Shown here piece after piece: positions 52,781 through 63,170 of a DNA stretch of 64,000 bases. The stretch lies in assembly GCA_052168235.1 (NCBI GenBank), contig JBQLZK010000023.1, forward strand, positions 1 to 64,000, in the 5' to 3' direction. Under the pieces are notes generated by a model. It searched no databases. It saw only the letters and a program-made list of their open reading frames with translations, and had not been told where the DNA came from. Source of the DNA: Thainema sp. (lineage in GTDB: Bacteria; Cyanobacteriota; Cyanobacteriia; Phormidesmidales; Phormidesmidaceae). The translations under genes and the position numbers were made by a program. Numbering within the stretch: the first letter of the stretch is position 1; each line of letters opens with the position of its first letter.

Positions 52781-52919
52781 TGTTAATTTTGTGTAAATGA
52801 TAAGTAGGATACATGGACAGCCCACACCAGCAATCCGGGAATCCTGTGAAATTGCTTAACAGCATAGGGGAATCCTAAGTAGAAAAGTGTACTGAGTCAC
52901 ACCGACAATCACCAAGCCC

Positions 52920-53378
52920 ATGCCCAGCTTTTACACTGAAATCGAAATCAACGCTCCTATCGACCGCGTCTGGGATGCCCTTGTGCACAAAGAAGACTGG
53001 CGGTGGTGGAACACCTTTCTGTTTGACTGCAATGCCAAGCTGCCCTTTGAGCCGCAGCAGGAAGTTTGGCTGGCCATTTGCCGCTTGCCAGGGGATGAGG
53101 AAATCGAGTTTTGGCCGACGGTAACGGTGGTGGAACCCGGCATCTGTCTCCAATGGCGCTCTCAAATCCCTGGACTGCACAACGAACACAGCTTTGAGCT
53201 ACTCAGCAGTAGTCGAGATCGCACGAAATACGTCCACCGCGAAACCTTCTCCGGCTGGCTGGCCAAGCTCTTTCTGCCCCTCATCCGCCAAGACGAACAA
53301 GTCGGCATGCGCCGCATGGCCACCGAACTCAAACAATACCTAGAACAACTTCCCCCTTCTCCCCTCCTAATGCCCTAG
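52920..53378 (+). CDS. SRPBCC (polyketide cyclase-like) protein
   Basis: TEIEINAPIDRVWDAL...WWN, ETFSG. Confidence 0.85.
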   Translation: MPSFYTEIEINAPIDRVWDALVHKEDWRWWNTFLFDCNAKLPFEPQQEVWLAICRLPGDEEIEFWPTVTVVEPGICLQWRSQIPGLHNEHSFELLSSSRDRTKYVHRETFSGWLAKLFLPLIRQDEQVGMRRMATELKQYLEQLPPSPLLMP

Positions 53379-53465
53379 AGTTTCCGGTAAAGTGGAGGGA
53401 GAAAAGACACGCTAATCAGCATAAGCTGTAGGTTTCCACATTCGTAGACGGCCACACGGTTCAGT

Positions 53466-54185
53466 ATGACTAGTTCCACCACCGATCCCGCTTCCGCAAC
53501 TGATGCGATCGCAGAATTGAAGACACAGTTCCAGTCTGCTACACCCAAAGTGCAGTTGGAGCTTGTAGAGACTTTGGTCGAACAGGGCGATCAGGGGCTG
53601 CAAGCGCTGATGGATCTGTTGCTGGATCGAGCCAGCGATGACGCTGATCCAGTGGACGGCAAAATATACCAAATTCTCTGGAGTACAGAGCAGTCCTCCT
53701 TTCAGTCCCTGTTAGAAGCCAATTGGCCCTCTGGCCTGATCTCGCTTGATTCAGAACAGGGCGTAGACTATCAGCCACTGCATGATCAGCTCGTTGAGCA
53801 GGACTATGAACTGGCCGATCGCACCACCCTCCAGCTTATGTGTGAACTGGCAGGTGCGGCTGCCGCTCGGCGCAAGTGGCTCTATTTTTCCGAAGTCAAT
53901 AATTTTCCGCCTACTGACCTGCAAACGATCGATCGACTCTGGCGAGTTTTCTCCGTTGGCAAGTTTGGCTTTTCGGTGCAGCGAGAGCTGTGGCTCGGCG
54001 TGGGCAAAGATTGGGACAAGCTCTGGCCCAAAATTAATTGGAAAACCGGCAATCGCTGGACGCGCTATCCCAATGAATTCACCTGGGATCTTTCGGCACC
54101 ACGGGGACACCTGCCGCTATCGAATCAGCTACGCGGTGTGCGAGTTATGGAATCCTTGCTAACCCATCCAGCTTGGACTGAGTGA
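53466..54185 (+). CDS. gun4: GUN4 (Ycf53) porphyrin-binding Mg-chelatase activator
   Basis: DLQTIDRLW...GKFGFSVQ, WTRYPNEFTWDLSAPRGHLPLSNQLRG. Confidence 0.93.
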   Translation: MTSSTTDPASATDAIAELKTQFQSATPKVQLELVETLVEQGDQGLQALMDLLLDRASDDADPVDGKIYQILWSTEQSSFQSLLEANWPSGLISLDSEQGVDYQPLHDQLVEQDYELADRTTLQLMCELAGAAAARRKWLYFSEVNNFPPTDLQTIDRLWRVFSVGKFGFSVQRELWLGVGKDWDKLWPKINWKTGNRWTRYPNEFTWDLSAPRGHLPLSNQLRGVRVMESLLTHPAWTE

Positions 54186-54204
54186 CATCACGTTCGCGTA
54201 TCAG

Positions 54205-54267
54205 AAACCCAATTTAACTTTTTGAGCGGCTGGCTCAGCCAGCCGCTCAAAAAGTTAAATTGGGTTT
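54205..54267. repeat. Perfect hairpin with 31-bp arms (1-nt loop) between convergent genes
   Basis: aaacccaatttaactttttgagcggctggct-c-agccagccgctcaaaaagttaaattgggttt. Confidence 0.85.
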
Positions 54268-54293
54268 TAAACAGACTTCGTATGAGAGCGCGA

Positions 54294-55871
54294 TTAGCAG
54301 TTTTCAATGAAGCGCAGAATTTCGTTCAGATTGGGTGGCTTGGTGGCCGTGTCAGCCGAGGGAGCTGAGCTGGTAGAAGATTTGCGATCGCTGACTGCGG
54401 AGCGACGCGAGCGGCGGCCAAATTCAGGATGTTGATACAGCTCAATGGCTTGATTGCTGGAATTGGTGACTCGCACATGAGTGGGAGCCTGAAACAGCGG
54501 TGACTTTTGAACAAATTTCGTCACCATCTGAGAAAACTCAACTGCCTGAGCCGCTTCCAAGCCCTGTCGCGCAATCAGTGCCACATGATGAGCACGAATG
54601 GACTCCACTTCAGATAAGTCCACATTACTCTTGGCGTGGCTTTCGAGCTGTTCTACGATACTTTGAATGATACTCAAGACAACATCGCGAGATTGAAACG
54701 GTAGCGTCACGATGGCAGCAATGGGGAGTAATTGCTGATCGTCCTTGACGCGGAAAATCAGCCGCGTGCGCCGATTATCAAACTGAATTTCGGGCGCACG
54801 ATTCAAAATATCGCTTTTTTGGGCAATTTGCTGGTAAGTGGCTGCCAACGCAAGATGAGACTCTGGATCAAGCTCAAAATCAATATCTAGGCACATGGTC
54901 GGCGGTGTTTCGTTGAAAAAGCGCTGTACCTCTTCCTCGGTAAACCGGACAATTTTGGAATGATCGCCACCTGGACTTAAATCCAACCAGCCACACACTA
55001 AACCCTCTGTCTCTAAATCAAACCGGGAAACGCCATAGAGTTTGGCTCCAGTTAGCTTGGCCCCAGTCAGATCAGCGCCGCGCCATTCCGCTTCGATTAA
55101 ATTGGCGCGAGATAAATCGGCATGAACTAGTGTGGCTCCGCTCAAATCGGCTTGGCTCAAATCAACACCGCTTAGGGTCGCGCCACTCAGCTTAGCCCCG
55201 CGCAAATTGGCTCCACAAAGTTTGGCCCCGCTGAAATCGGCCCAGCGCAGATTGGCTCCGCTCAAATTCGCATCTGTGAAATTACCGCCCCGAAAATCTG
55301 CGTGGCGCAGCTCTGCTCCCCGCAGATCGGCCCCCTGCATATTCGTCCGCACCAAACTGGCTCGGGACAGATTGGCATCAGTTAGATTGGCATCAACCAA
55401 GTTGGCTTCCGTTAAATCAGCCCGACTCAGATTCGCCCCACTGAGATTGGTCTGCCGCAGTTTGGCTTCACGTAGAGTCGCCTCACTCAGGTTGGCCTCA
55501 ATCAGTTCGGCCTCACTCAGATCGGCCCGCATCAGTTCGCCCCGAATCAGCGATGCGCGATTCAAGATGGCGTGATTTAAATCGGCCAAACTGAGATTGG
55601 CCACGTTTAGATCGGCTCCTGACAGATTGACGTGGCTGAGGTTGGCGCTACCGAGACGAGCTACATTGAGCTTTGCGCCTTGAAGATTCGCATGGCTCAG
55701 ATTCGCCCCACTAAAATTGACCAGACTCAGGCTGGACTGACTGAGATCGATTTCACTCAGATTTGCGCCGCTCAGATTCGCTTCAGTGAGACGGATAGCG
55801 GTAAACCCTTTTTCCCCTGAAGCGCGGCGCTGGATAAGTTCCTTGGCGGTGATTGAGGCAATCTGCGGCAT
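54294..55871 (-). CDS. Pentapeptide repeat protein with C-terminal non-repeat domain
   Basis: About 270 aa of A(D/N)LXX repeats then a globular region; ATG 55871. Confidence 0.9.
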   Translation of the reverse strand: MPQIASITAKELIQRRASGEKGFTAIRLTEANLSGANLSEIDLSQSSLSLVNFSGANLSHANLQGAKLNVARLGSANLSHVNLSGADLNVANLSLADLNHAILNRASLIRGELMRADLSEAELIEANLSEATLREAKLRQTNLSGANLSRADLTEANLVDANLTDANLSRASLVRTNMQGADLRGAELRHADFRGGNFTDANLSGANLRWADFSGAKLCGANLRGAKLSGATLSGVDLSQADLSGATLVHADLSRANLIEAEWRGADLTGAKLTGAKLYGVSRFDLETEGLVCGWLDLSPGGDHSKIVRFTEEEVQRFFNETPPTMCLDIDFELDPESHLALAATYQQIAQKSDILNRAPEIQFDNRRTRLIFRVKDDQQLLPIAAIVTLPFQSRDVVLSIIQSIVEQLESHAKSNVDLSEVESIRAHHVALIARQGLEAAQAVEFSQMVTKFVQKSPLFQAPTHVRVTNSSNQAIELYQHPEFGRRSRRSAVSDRKSSTSSAPSADTATKPPNLNEILRFIENC

Positions 55872-56409
55872 AAATTTCAGCGATAACGGCAAGATGCAAC
55901 AACCCAAACATCCCCAGGTTAGAAATCTGCAGCGATCAGAGATCTGAGGATTTCTAACGTGACCGGGGCTGAGGTACAGGATGTGATTTACTCTTTTGCT
56001 TTAGTAGTTTTCCCGAATTGACCCAACTGCGATCGCAATTTGTCATTCTGGCTAACTCAGCATTCGAGCGAATCGGCTAGCAGAGTTAGGACTTACAGGA
56101 TTGTTCTGATTATGTCAGCAAGCTTCACCAACCAAACTCAGTAAGATGACCCAATTCACCTATCTTCTAGGCAGAATTCCCAGAAGAAGATTGAAAGAGC
56201 GGCAGTGAGGTAATCCTCCATATTTCATAGGATGCCCCAGTTCGGATAAAAATCAGCGTTACTTCATGCAAAGCGATACAATCCTGACGGCTTAAACAAA
56301 TTTTTGCAGCATCAATGTTGACCATTACAAAGCCTGTATGAAGAAGCGCTGCGGAGCTTTACGAAGCATAAACGCAGGTTTGGAGGTCGTTTGAAGGGGA
56401 GATTGAATC

Positions 56410-57249
56410 ATGAAGATTGGGATTGTTGGGCTGGGATTGATTGGGGGGTCGCTGGGGCTCGACTGGTCGGCCTATGGTTATACGGTGCTAGGCGTCAGCC
56501 GGAAACAATCAACCTGCGAAACTGCGATCGCACGTCGGGCTGTCGCCGATGCCAGTCCCAATTTCGCCATTTTGGCTGAAGTAGATGTGGTGTTTATCTG
56601 CACGCCGATTGGGTCAATTTTACCGACGATCAAGGCCATTGCACCTCATCTCAAGTCAACGGCGATTGTGACCGATGTCGGATCGGTCAAAGGGGCAATT
56701 GTGCAACCTGCCACGGAACTGTGGCCCAACTTCTTGGGTGGACACCCAATGGCGGGCACGGCAGAAGTGGGTATTGATGCTGCACTGTCCAACCTCTTCG
56801 TCGATCGGCCCTATGTGCTGACGCCCACGCCCCAGACTCCCAGCGATACCGTAGAGCAGGTTAGCCAGCTGGTGAAAGCGCTGAACGCTTGCTTAATCCA
56901 TTGCGATCCGGCGGAGCATGATCAAGCGGTGGCCTGGATTTCTCACTTACCTGTCATGATCAGTTCAAGCCTGATTCAGTCCTGCTTGAACGAGACGGAT
57001 AAGAATGTGTTGAAACTAGCCCAACAGCTAGCCAGCTCTGGCTTTTGCGATACCAGTCGGGTCGGTGGCGGCAACCCAGAATTGGGTCTAATGATGGCGC
57101 AGTATAACCAGGAGGCACTGTTGCGATCGCTGTTTGCTTATCGCGATCAACTCGATCAGGTGATTCAGCAGATTGAAGCTCAAGACTGGTCGGCGCTCCA
57201 GCAACAGCTGATTCAAACGCAGCAGGAACGACCATTTTTTGTAGAGTAA
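56410..57249 (+). CDS. tyrA: Prephenate/arogenate dehydrogenase
   Basis: IGIVGLGLIGGSL, DVGSVK, GGHPMAG, HDQAVAWISHLP, DTSRVGGG. Confidence 0.93.
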   Translation: MKIGIVGLGLIGGSLGLDWSAYGYTVLGVSRKQSTCETAIARRAVADASPNFAILAEVDVVFICTPIGSILPTIKAIAPHLKSTAIVTDVGSVKGAIVQPATELWPNFLGGHPMAGTAEVGIDAALSNLFVDRPYVLTPTPQTPSDTVEQVSQLVKALNACLIHCDPAEHDQAVAWISHLPVMISSSLIQSCLNETDKNVLKLAQQLASSGFCDTSRVGGGNPELGLMMAQYNQEALLRSLFAYRDQLDQVIQQIEAQDWSALQQQLIQTQQERPFFVE

Positions 57250-57320
57250 TGCGCAATCCGATTAAAACCCAGTAATTTATTGGGTTCTGATACACGAACT
57301 TGATATCAGCAACTGGCAGA

Positions 57321-57357
57321 AACCTAAAGATGACAGTTCAGCCGTCATCTTTAGGTT
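57321..57357. terminator. Hairpin between convergent tyrA and DUF212 genes
   Basis: aacctaaagatgac...gtcatctttaggtt. Confidence 0.55.
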
Positions 57358-57379
57358 GAACTGAATTCGACTTAATTTA

Positions 57380-57472
57380 TATAGTGATTCCAGTTAAGAG
57401 TGAGAAAGCGAGAGAGGAGAGTGCCTCAGGATTAGGCACTCTCCTCTCTCGCTCTTATGTAGAACCGCTATA
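57380..57472. mobile_element. MITE-like hairpin element, family B copy 2 (inverted)
   Basis: tatagtgattccag...gagagaggagagtgcct/aggcactctcctctctc...agaaccgctata. Confidence 0.75.
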
Positions 57473-57480
57473 GCAACAAT

Positions 57481-57945
57481 TTACAGCAACGGATGGGCTG
57501 AACCCGCCAACCAAGCAATAACGCCGCCCAAGAGTGCGCCAGCAATCACCTGCACGGGCGTGTGTCCCAGTAGTTCCTTCAGGCGATCTTCGTTGAAATC
57601 TTTATGCTCGTAGAACAGCTCATCAATGATTTGATTCAGAATGCGAGCCTGTTTACCCGCCGCTTGGCGCACACCAGCCGCGTCATACATTACAATCCCT
57701 GCGAAGATAGCCGCCAAGGCGAAGTCAGCCGTTTCCCAACCTTGAGTTTGGCCCACTCCCACGGCTAATGATGTCACCAGTGCAGAGTGAGAACTGGGCA
57801 TACCTCCCGTTTCGACTAAAACCCGGACATTGAATTTGCCGTCTTTAGCTAGCTCAAAAATGAGCTTGAGCGCTTGGGCAATCAAGCAAGACAAGAGCGC
57901 TACAAGCAAGACATAGTTATTGATCACTTCGCTGAAGTCGTGCAT
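57481..57945 (-). CDS. Divergent PAP2 family protein (DUF212)
   Basis: TGGMPSSHSA, VMYDAAGVR, LKELLGHTP. Confidence 0.92.
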   Translation of the reverse strand: MHDFSEVINNYVLLVALLSCLIAQALKLIFELAKDGKFNVRVLVETGGMPSSHSALVTSLAVGVGQTQGWETADFALAAIFAGIVMYDAAGVRQAAGKQARILNQIIDELFYEHKDFNEDRLKELLGHTPVQVIAGALLGGVIAWLAGSAHPLL

Positions 57946-58072
57946 GGATTTGGATACAGAAAAACGAAAGCTTTGAGCAGATGTCAACCACAATGCTTAG
58001 AGTTAGGGCTAGGGGAGCAATCGTCAAGCAACCTGAAGATAAACTTGGCGCATTCCAGCTTAGCGCAACGAT

Positions 58073-58996
58073 CTAATGCTTTCGGGCTGTAATGTAATCT
58101 GAGATCGCAATCAGCGGTTGAGCCGCTTCTCCATAAGGAGCCAACTCTGCCTTGGCGGATTGGATTAGTTCTTGGGCACGACGCTGAGATTCTTCGATAC
58201 CCAAAAAGCTGGGATAGGTCGCTTTTTGAGCCTCTACATCTTTACCAGCGGTTTTGCCCAACTCTTCTGCCGTAGCCGTGATATCGAGCACATCATCAAT
58301 AATTTGAAACGCTAGACCAATGTTTTGGGCATAGCGAGTTAAGCGCTCCACATCAGTTTGGTTCGCACCTGCTAGCACGGCCCCGGATACAACCGAAACT
58401 TCTAGTAGCGCTGCCGTTTTATGCTGATGGATGAAATTTAGGGTTTCTATGGTGACATCGGGATTGCCTTCTGACTCCAGATCTACCACTTGGCCACCTA
58501 CTAATCCGGCTGCACCGACAGCCCGACCTAACCGCGCAATCACGTCCAGCACTCGGTCGGCAGCAACCCCTTTCGTTTGGGTGGCAATCCATTCAAAGGC
58601 CAGAGTTAATAAGCCATCACCTGCCAGAATCGCGATGTCTTCACCGTAAACTTTGTGATTGGTTAACTTGCCCCGCCGATAATCATCGTTATCCATTGCG
58701 GGCAAATCATCGTGGATCAGCGACATGGTATGCACCATTTCCATCGCACAGGCTGTTGGCATCGCCGCCTCAATTGATCCTTCCATCAGCTCGCAAGCGG
58801 CTAGACAGAGAATGGGGCGCAGTCGCTTTCCTCCCGCCATCAGGGAGTAGCGCATTGAGTTGTAAATGGTTTCGGGATAGACAACGGCAATCGACTGATC
58901 CAGAGCAGTTTCAACTTGGATACGCCGTTCTTCTAAGTAAGCTGCCAGGTCAAAAGACGCTTGCGGGGCAGAACTACGATTATCTGTGGATACCAT
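58073..58996 (-). CDS. crtE: Geranylgeranyl diphosphate synthase
   Basis: [33 protein letters not shown]. Confidence 0.95.
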   Translation of the reverse strand: MVSTDNRSSAPQASFDLAAYLEERRIQVETALDQSIAVVYPETIYNSMRYSLMAGGKRLRPILCLAACELMEGSIEAAMPTACAMEMVHTMSLIHDDLPAMDNDDYRRGKLTNHKVYGEDIAILAGDGLLTLAFEWIATQTKGVAADRVLDVIARLGRAVGAAGLVGGQVVDLESEGNPDVTIETLNFIHQHKTAALLEVSVVSGAVLAGANQTDVERLTRYAQNIGLAFQIIDDVLDITATAEELGKTAGKDVEAQKATYPSFLGIEESQRRAQELIQSAKAELAPYGEAAQPLIAISDYITARKH

Positions 58997-59138
58997 GATT
59001 GATCTCTATGAGCGCTGTTTAACTGGAACTGAGTGGGGAAAGCAATTGGCTAATCTGGCCTGTGTTTGTGCTTGTGTTTTGTGCCTATGATTTATGTCTG
59101 TGATTTGTACTGCAAAAAACACTGGGTAACGCCCAACG

Positions 59139-60005
59139 TCATGATGATAAACGTTGACGGTAACTCCATACCGTATTGTGCAACAGCATGGTTACGGTCA
59201 TGGGGCCAACTCCACCCGGAACGGGAGTTATCGAGCCTGCTACCGGTTCAACGGAGTCAAAATCAACGTCGCCGACCAGCCTCGATTTACCGTTAGTGTT
59301 GGTCACCCGGTTGATCCCCACATCGATCACGACAGCGCCTGGTTTAACCATCTCCGCTGTGATCATCTGGGGGCGTCCCACTGCCGCTACTAAAATATCA
59401 GCGCTGCGGGCAATCTCCGCTAAATTTTGCGATCGCGAATGGGCGATCGTCACCGTCGCATTTTGCTCCAGCAGCATCATCGCCAGCGGTTTGCCTACTA
59501 AAATACTGCGGCCTATTACCACGGCCTGTTTGCCCTGGCAGTCGATATCGTAAGCCTTGAGCATTTCCATCACGCCTGCTGGAGTGCAGCTCCGCAGACC
59601 CGGTTCACCGCGCAGCAGCCGCCCCAAATTCATTGGGTGTAGGCCGTCTGCGTCTTTATCAGGCGCAATTTGGTTGAGCAATGCCACGGAATCCAAATGA
59701 TCGGGCAGCGGCAACTGGATCAAAATGCCATCGACTTGATCATCCTGATTCAGGTCGTCAATCAAACGGCTGAGGGCTGCCTGATCGGTATCTCCAGGCA
59801 AGTGTTTACCAAATGAGGCAATGCCGACGCGATCGCAAGCTCGCTCTTTATTGCGCACATAGGCGGCGCTGGCCGGATTATCTCCCACCATCACTACGGC
59901 CAAACCGGGTGGACGCCCACCTTGTTGAGTTAGACTTGTGACTTGCTGAGTTAGATCAGTCTGGATTTGCTGAGCTAGAGTTTTGCCATCGAGAATCTGA
60001 GCCAT
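59139..60005 (-). CDS. folD: Methylenetetrahydrofolate dehydrogenase/cyclohydrolase FolD
   Basis: [47 protein letters not shown]. Confidence 0.97.
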   Translation of the reverse strand: MAQILDGKTLAQQIQTDLTQQVTSLTQQGGRPPGLAVVMVGDNPASAAYVRNKERACDRVGIASFGKHLPGDTDQAALSRLIDDLNQDDQVDGILIQLPLPDHLDSVALLNQIAPDKDADGLHPMNLGRLLRGEPGLRSCTPAGVMEMLKAYDIDCQGKQAVVIGRSILVGKPLAMMLLEQNATVTIAHSRSQNLAEIARSADILVAAVGRPQMITAEMVKPGAVVIDVGINRVTNTNGKSRLVGDVDFDSVEPVAGSITPVPGGVGPMTVTMLLHNTVWSYRQRLSS

Positions 60006-60435
60006 AATGACAGAAAAAATTGATTGATCAGATGGGCGTCGTAGTTGAACATGTCAGTCAGAATTGGCATGATTCGGATCTCAATCTGCGATCGCAGCTG
60101 AGTCACCAATATGCTCTAACCAGTGTCTCAGAAAATTTGTCCCCTACCGACCGTCGTGTTGCATTCTGATATGGAATCGACTATGAAATCTCAGCCCAAT
60201 CCCGACTTGATTGTGAACGAGAGGCTGATACCATTGGCGTTCCATTCAGCAAAGTTGATTTGCCAAATTGATTTTCAATGGATTTTCACTGACGGCTTCG
60301 ATACAACATTCACTTGTGACTAGGATCTTGATCATGCTTCAGCCCCTTATCCGATCCCTACGATCCCACCCTTTTATCGCTGCCCCAAACCGATTAACTC
60401 TACCTGCGGATCCGGATCAGTCTTGCTTTCGGTTC

Positions 60436-60906
60436 ATGAAACATTCAACTCCTGGTGGGTTAATAAGAAGTGGATTGATCAGCCTGTTCACCGGCCTGCT
60501 AGTCACAGCAAACCTCAGCTGCAGTTCATCGCCAACCCTAAGCACTGAGCAGACCGATGCAGACAACACCATCACTGCCAGTTCATCCGAAGTCGCAGTG
60601 GCTCGGCCTCACCGCAGCAATATCCAGCCCATTGCCCAACTCCTCGCCGCCGATCCCACTACTATAGTGGATACAACGGTTCATCTCAGCGGCAAGATTG
60701 TGCAGCAGATCCCCTTAGTCGATGGACGGATCTACGAGCTACAGGACGAAACGGGCAGCATTTGGGTCATGGCTGCATCCGAATCTGAAGCGCTCATTAC
60801 GGGCAACAACATCCAAATTCAAGGCATCGTTGCTTATGAAAATATTGCGATCGCAGGTCAAGAACAGGGTGAGTTATATATCCAAGAGCAACAAATCTTT
60901 GACTGA
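60436..60906 (+). CDS. Putative exported/lipoprotein OB-fold protein
   Basis: Lipobox-like NLS-C; VHLSGKIV...YELQDETGSIWV; start uncertain. Confidence 0.65.
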   Translation: MKHSTPGGLIRSGLISLFTGLLVTANLSCSSSPTLSTEQTDADNTITASSSEVAVARPHRSNIQPIAQLLAADPTTIVDTTVHLSGKIVQQIPLVDGRIYELQDETGSIWVMAASESEALITGNNIQIQGIVAYENIAIAGQEQGELYIQEQQIFD

Positions 60907-61016
60907 TTTCGGCCAGAACATGATTTGATAAGAATACAGAGTTAACAATCAGCCAGTCCCTACGTTTACTCAATTGATTCACCAGTTTTTTGCATCGTTA
61001 CAGCCACGAAACTTCA

Positions 61017-61457
61017 ATGACATCGACTCCAGTAGAAGTCGCCATTGCCATCCTTTATCGAGCTGATCAGTTCTTGATGCAGTTGCGAGATGATATTCCG
61101 GGCATCGCGTATCCCGGCCACTGGGGTCTATTTGGTGGACATTTAGAGCCAGGAGAAACACCGGAAGTTAGCATGAAGCGAGAGTTAATTGAAGAAATCG
61201 GTCATACTCCTAACCATCTATCTCTTTTTTCTAGCTACCCAACTCCCACTGTGATTCGACATGTATTTTGTAGCCCATTAACGGTTGATCCAGCAGATCT
61301 AACTTTAAATGAGGGGTGGGACTTGGGTTTACTATCATGTAGTGATATTCATCAAGGATATGCTTATTCTCAGCAGGCCGGAAAGATCTGCCCCATCGGT
61401 CAGCCCCATCAGCAGATTTTGATTGATTTTATGACCCAACAATATTCACTGTCTTAG
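61017..61457 (+). CDS. NUDIX hydrolase
   Basis: GGHLEPGETPEVSMKRELIEEIG Nudix box. Confidence 0.92.
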   Translation: MTSTPVEVAIAILYRADQFLMQLRDDIPGIAYPGHWGLFGGHLEPGETPEVSMKRELIEEIGHTPNHLSLFSSYPTPTVIRHVFCSPLTVDPADLTLNEGWDLGLLSCSDIHQGYAYSQQAGKICPIGQPHQQILIDFMTQQYSLS

Positions 61458-61489
61458 TTCGTAAATTTGGTCATCAATTTGACAATCTG

Positions 61490-62248
61490 ATGGTAAGTCA
61501 ACCCAACGTTCTGAACTATCGAGTCCGCGAAAGCCGCCGGGCCAAGCATGTCAGCATCCGCATTTCGCTGCTGGGCGAAGTAGAGGTTGTTGTGCCCAAA
61601 GGGTTTGATCAAAGCTGCATCCCCGACTTGGTACAAGAGCGGCGCACCTGGATCACCCGCACCGTCCAGCAGCTCAGAACCGAGCGACAGTCCGTCACCC
61701 CGGAAGCCGATGCTCCACTGCCGGATGAAATTATTTTGCGATCGCCACCTGAACGGTGGCAAGTGGTTTATCAACCGACTGGTCAATCAACTGGCTATCA
61801 ACCGACAAATACGCAAAAGATTAAGGTGTCGATCCTCCCTTCTCATCATGTTTTAGTGACTGGGGACTTAAGCGACCAGCGAGCTTGTCGGCAAGCGCTC
61901 CAGCATTGGCTACGGCAATATGCCAAAGCCAAACTAGTTCCCTGGCTAGAACAGGTGAGCCAAGAGGTACAGCTTCCATTTCAGCGCGCCTCCGTTCGAG
62001 GACAGCGCACTCGTTGGGCTAGCTGTTCTAACCAGCAAACCATTAGCCTCAACTACAAGCTGCTGTTTCTGCCACCAGATCTAGTGCGCTACGTTTTTAT
62101 TCACGAACTTTGCCACACACAGCAGATGAATCATTCATCTGCCTTCTGGTCGTTAGTTGAAGCTAAAGAAGCAAACTATCGAGACTTGGATGCAAATTTG
62201 CGCAAAGCATGGCGTTATGTACCTGCTTGGGCTGAGCGCAAACCCTAG
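61490..62248 (+). CDS. YgjP/DUF45-type (SprT/M48-like) zinc metalloprotein
   Basis: RWASCS, YVFIHELCH, MNHSSAFW. Confidence 0.9.
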   Translation: MVSQPNVLNYRVRESRRAKHVSIRISLLGEVEVVVPKGFDQSCIPDLVQERRTWITRTVQQLRTERQSVTPEADAPLPDEIILRSPPERWQVVYQPTGQSTGYQPTNTQKIKVSILPSHHVLVTGDLSDQRACRQALQHWLRQYAKAKLVPWLEQVSQEVQLPFQRASVRGQRTRWASCSNQQTISLNYKLLFLPPDLVRYVFIHELCHTQQMNHSSAFWSLVEAKEANYRDLDANLRKAWRYVPAWAERKP

Positions 62249-63170
62249 CTTGAATAGCTACTGCACATATTGTTACCTATGGCAGATGATTAGCTCTGTC
62301 GAATTCCTTATAATTTGAAATCGCATCTTGTCATCAGGAGCTAGCTACCGTTGCCTGCACAGTTTATTGATCTCAGTATTTACCTCAATATAAATAATCA
62401 ATCGTGACTTGGTTGGCTTCTTTGAGGTAACCATTCGAGATATCAAGCTGCTCTTCTCAAAGAGGACTTTAAATTTAGGCAGTAGATATCAAAGCATTAT
62501 AAATTTTGCTAATAGCTAGATGAATTTGATTGTTGATGTGTTAGTTGTTGTACAGAATATGCCAGTTCAAAATAAACAATTTCCAGTTTTTGTAGATTCG
62601 ATTTAGTCGTTATTAACTCATATAAGTATTTTTAGCTAAGAAATAGGAGCCAATTTCAGATTATTCACTGAACGTTCAGTTGCACAGGGTTTTACCCATA
62701 CGAAGTTTCATTTGCTTTTAAGTGGTTACACGTAATTGAAATGTAATTAAAATCTAAGAAGGCAAGCAAATTACTAATGGTTATTCGATAGGTATTTTGC
62801 TTTTCCAGCGTTTTTACTTAATCAAGTCAGGTGACTTGAAAACAATAAAAAACTTCCTTGTATTTAAAAAATACTTTTTATTCTAATAGCTTTAATTTTC
62901 ACCTAACATTAACTTGACAAAGTAAGCTTAAATTTCGTTTAGACTATAAGACAAGCCTGGCAGTTTGACACCAGTAGTAACTTACACTTCTAAATTCTTT
63001 ATTCATTTTAGTTTAATTAAATGAATCGCAATCCGTTAGTCAGTTAATGATGTTAAGTCATCAATGCTGAGAGCGATTTGTTTATAACTCATTGTTTTTT
63101 CTGTTAGCACTTCGTTTGATGAAGGTATATGTTGTTGTTAGCACCAACTGATCGGGATGTCCTAGGCTCT

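Noticed and set aside
55040..55790. 15-bp periodicity as a DNA repeat array
   Set aside because: Explained by pentapeptide-repeat coding
61490..62248. YgjP-like gene as part of a restriction/defence island
   Set aside because: No hsd or other defence genes adjacent
62860..62874. GTA...TAC as an NtcA site
   Set aside because: Spacer is 9 nt, not 8, in very AT-rich DNA
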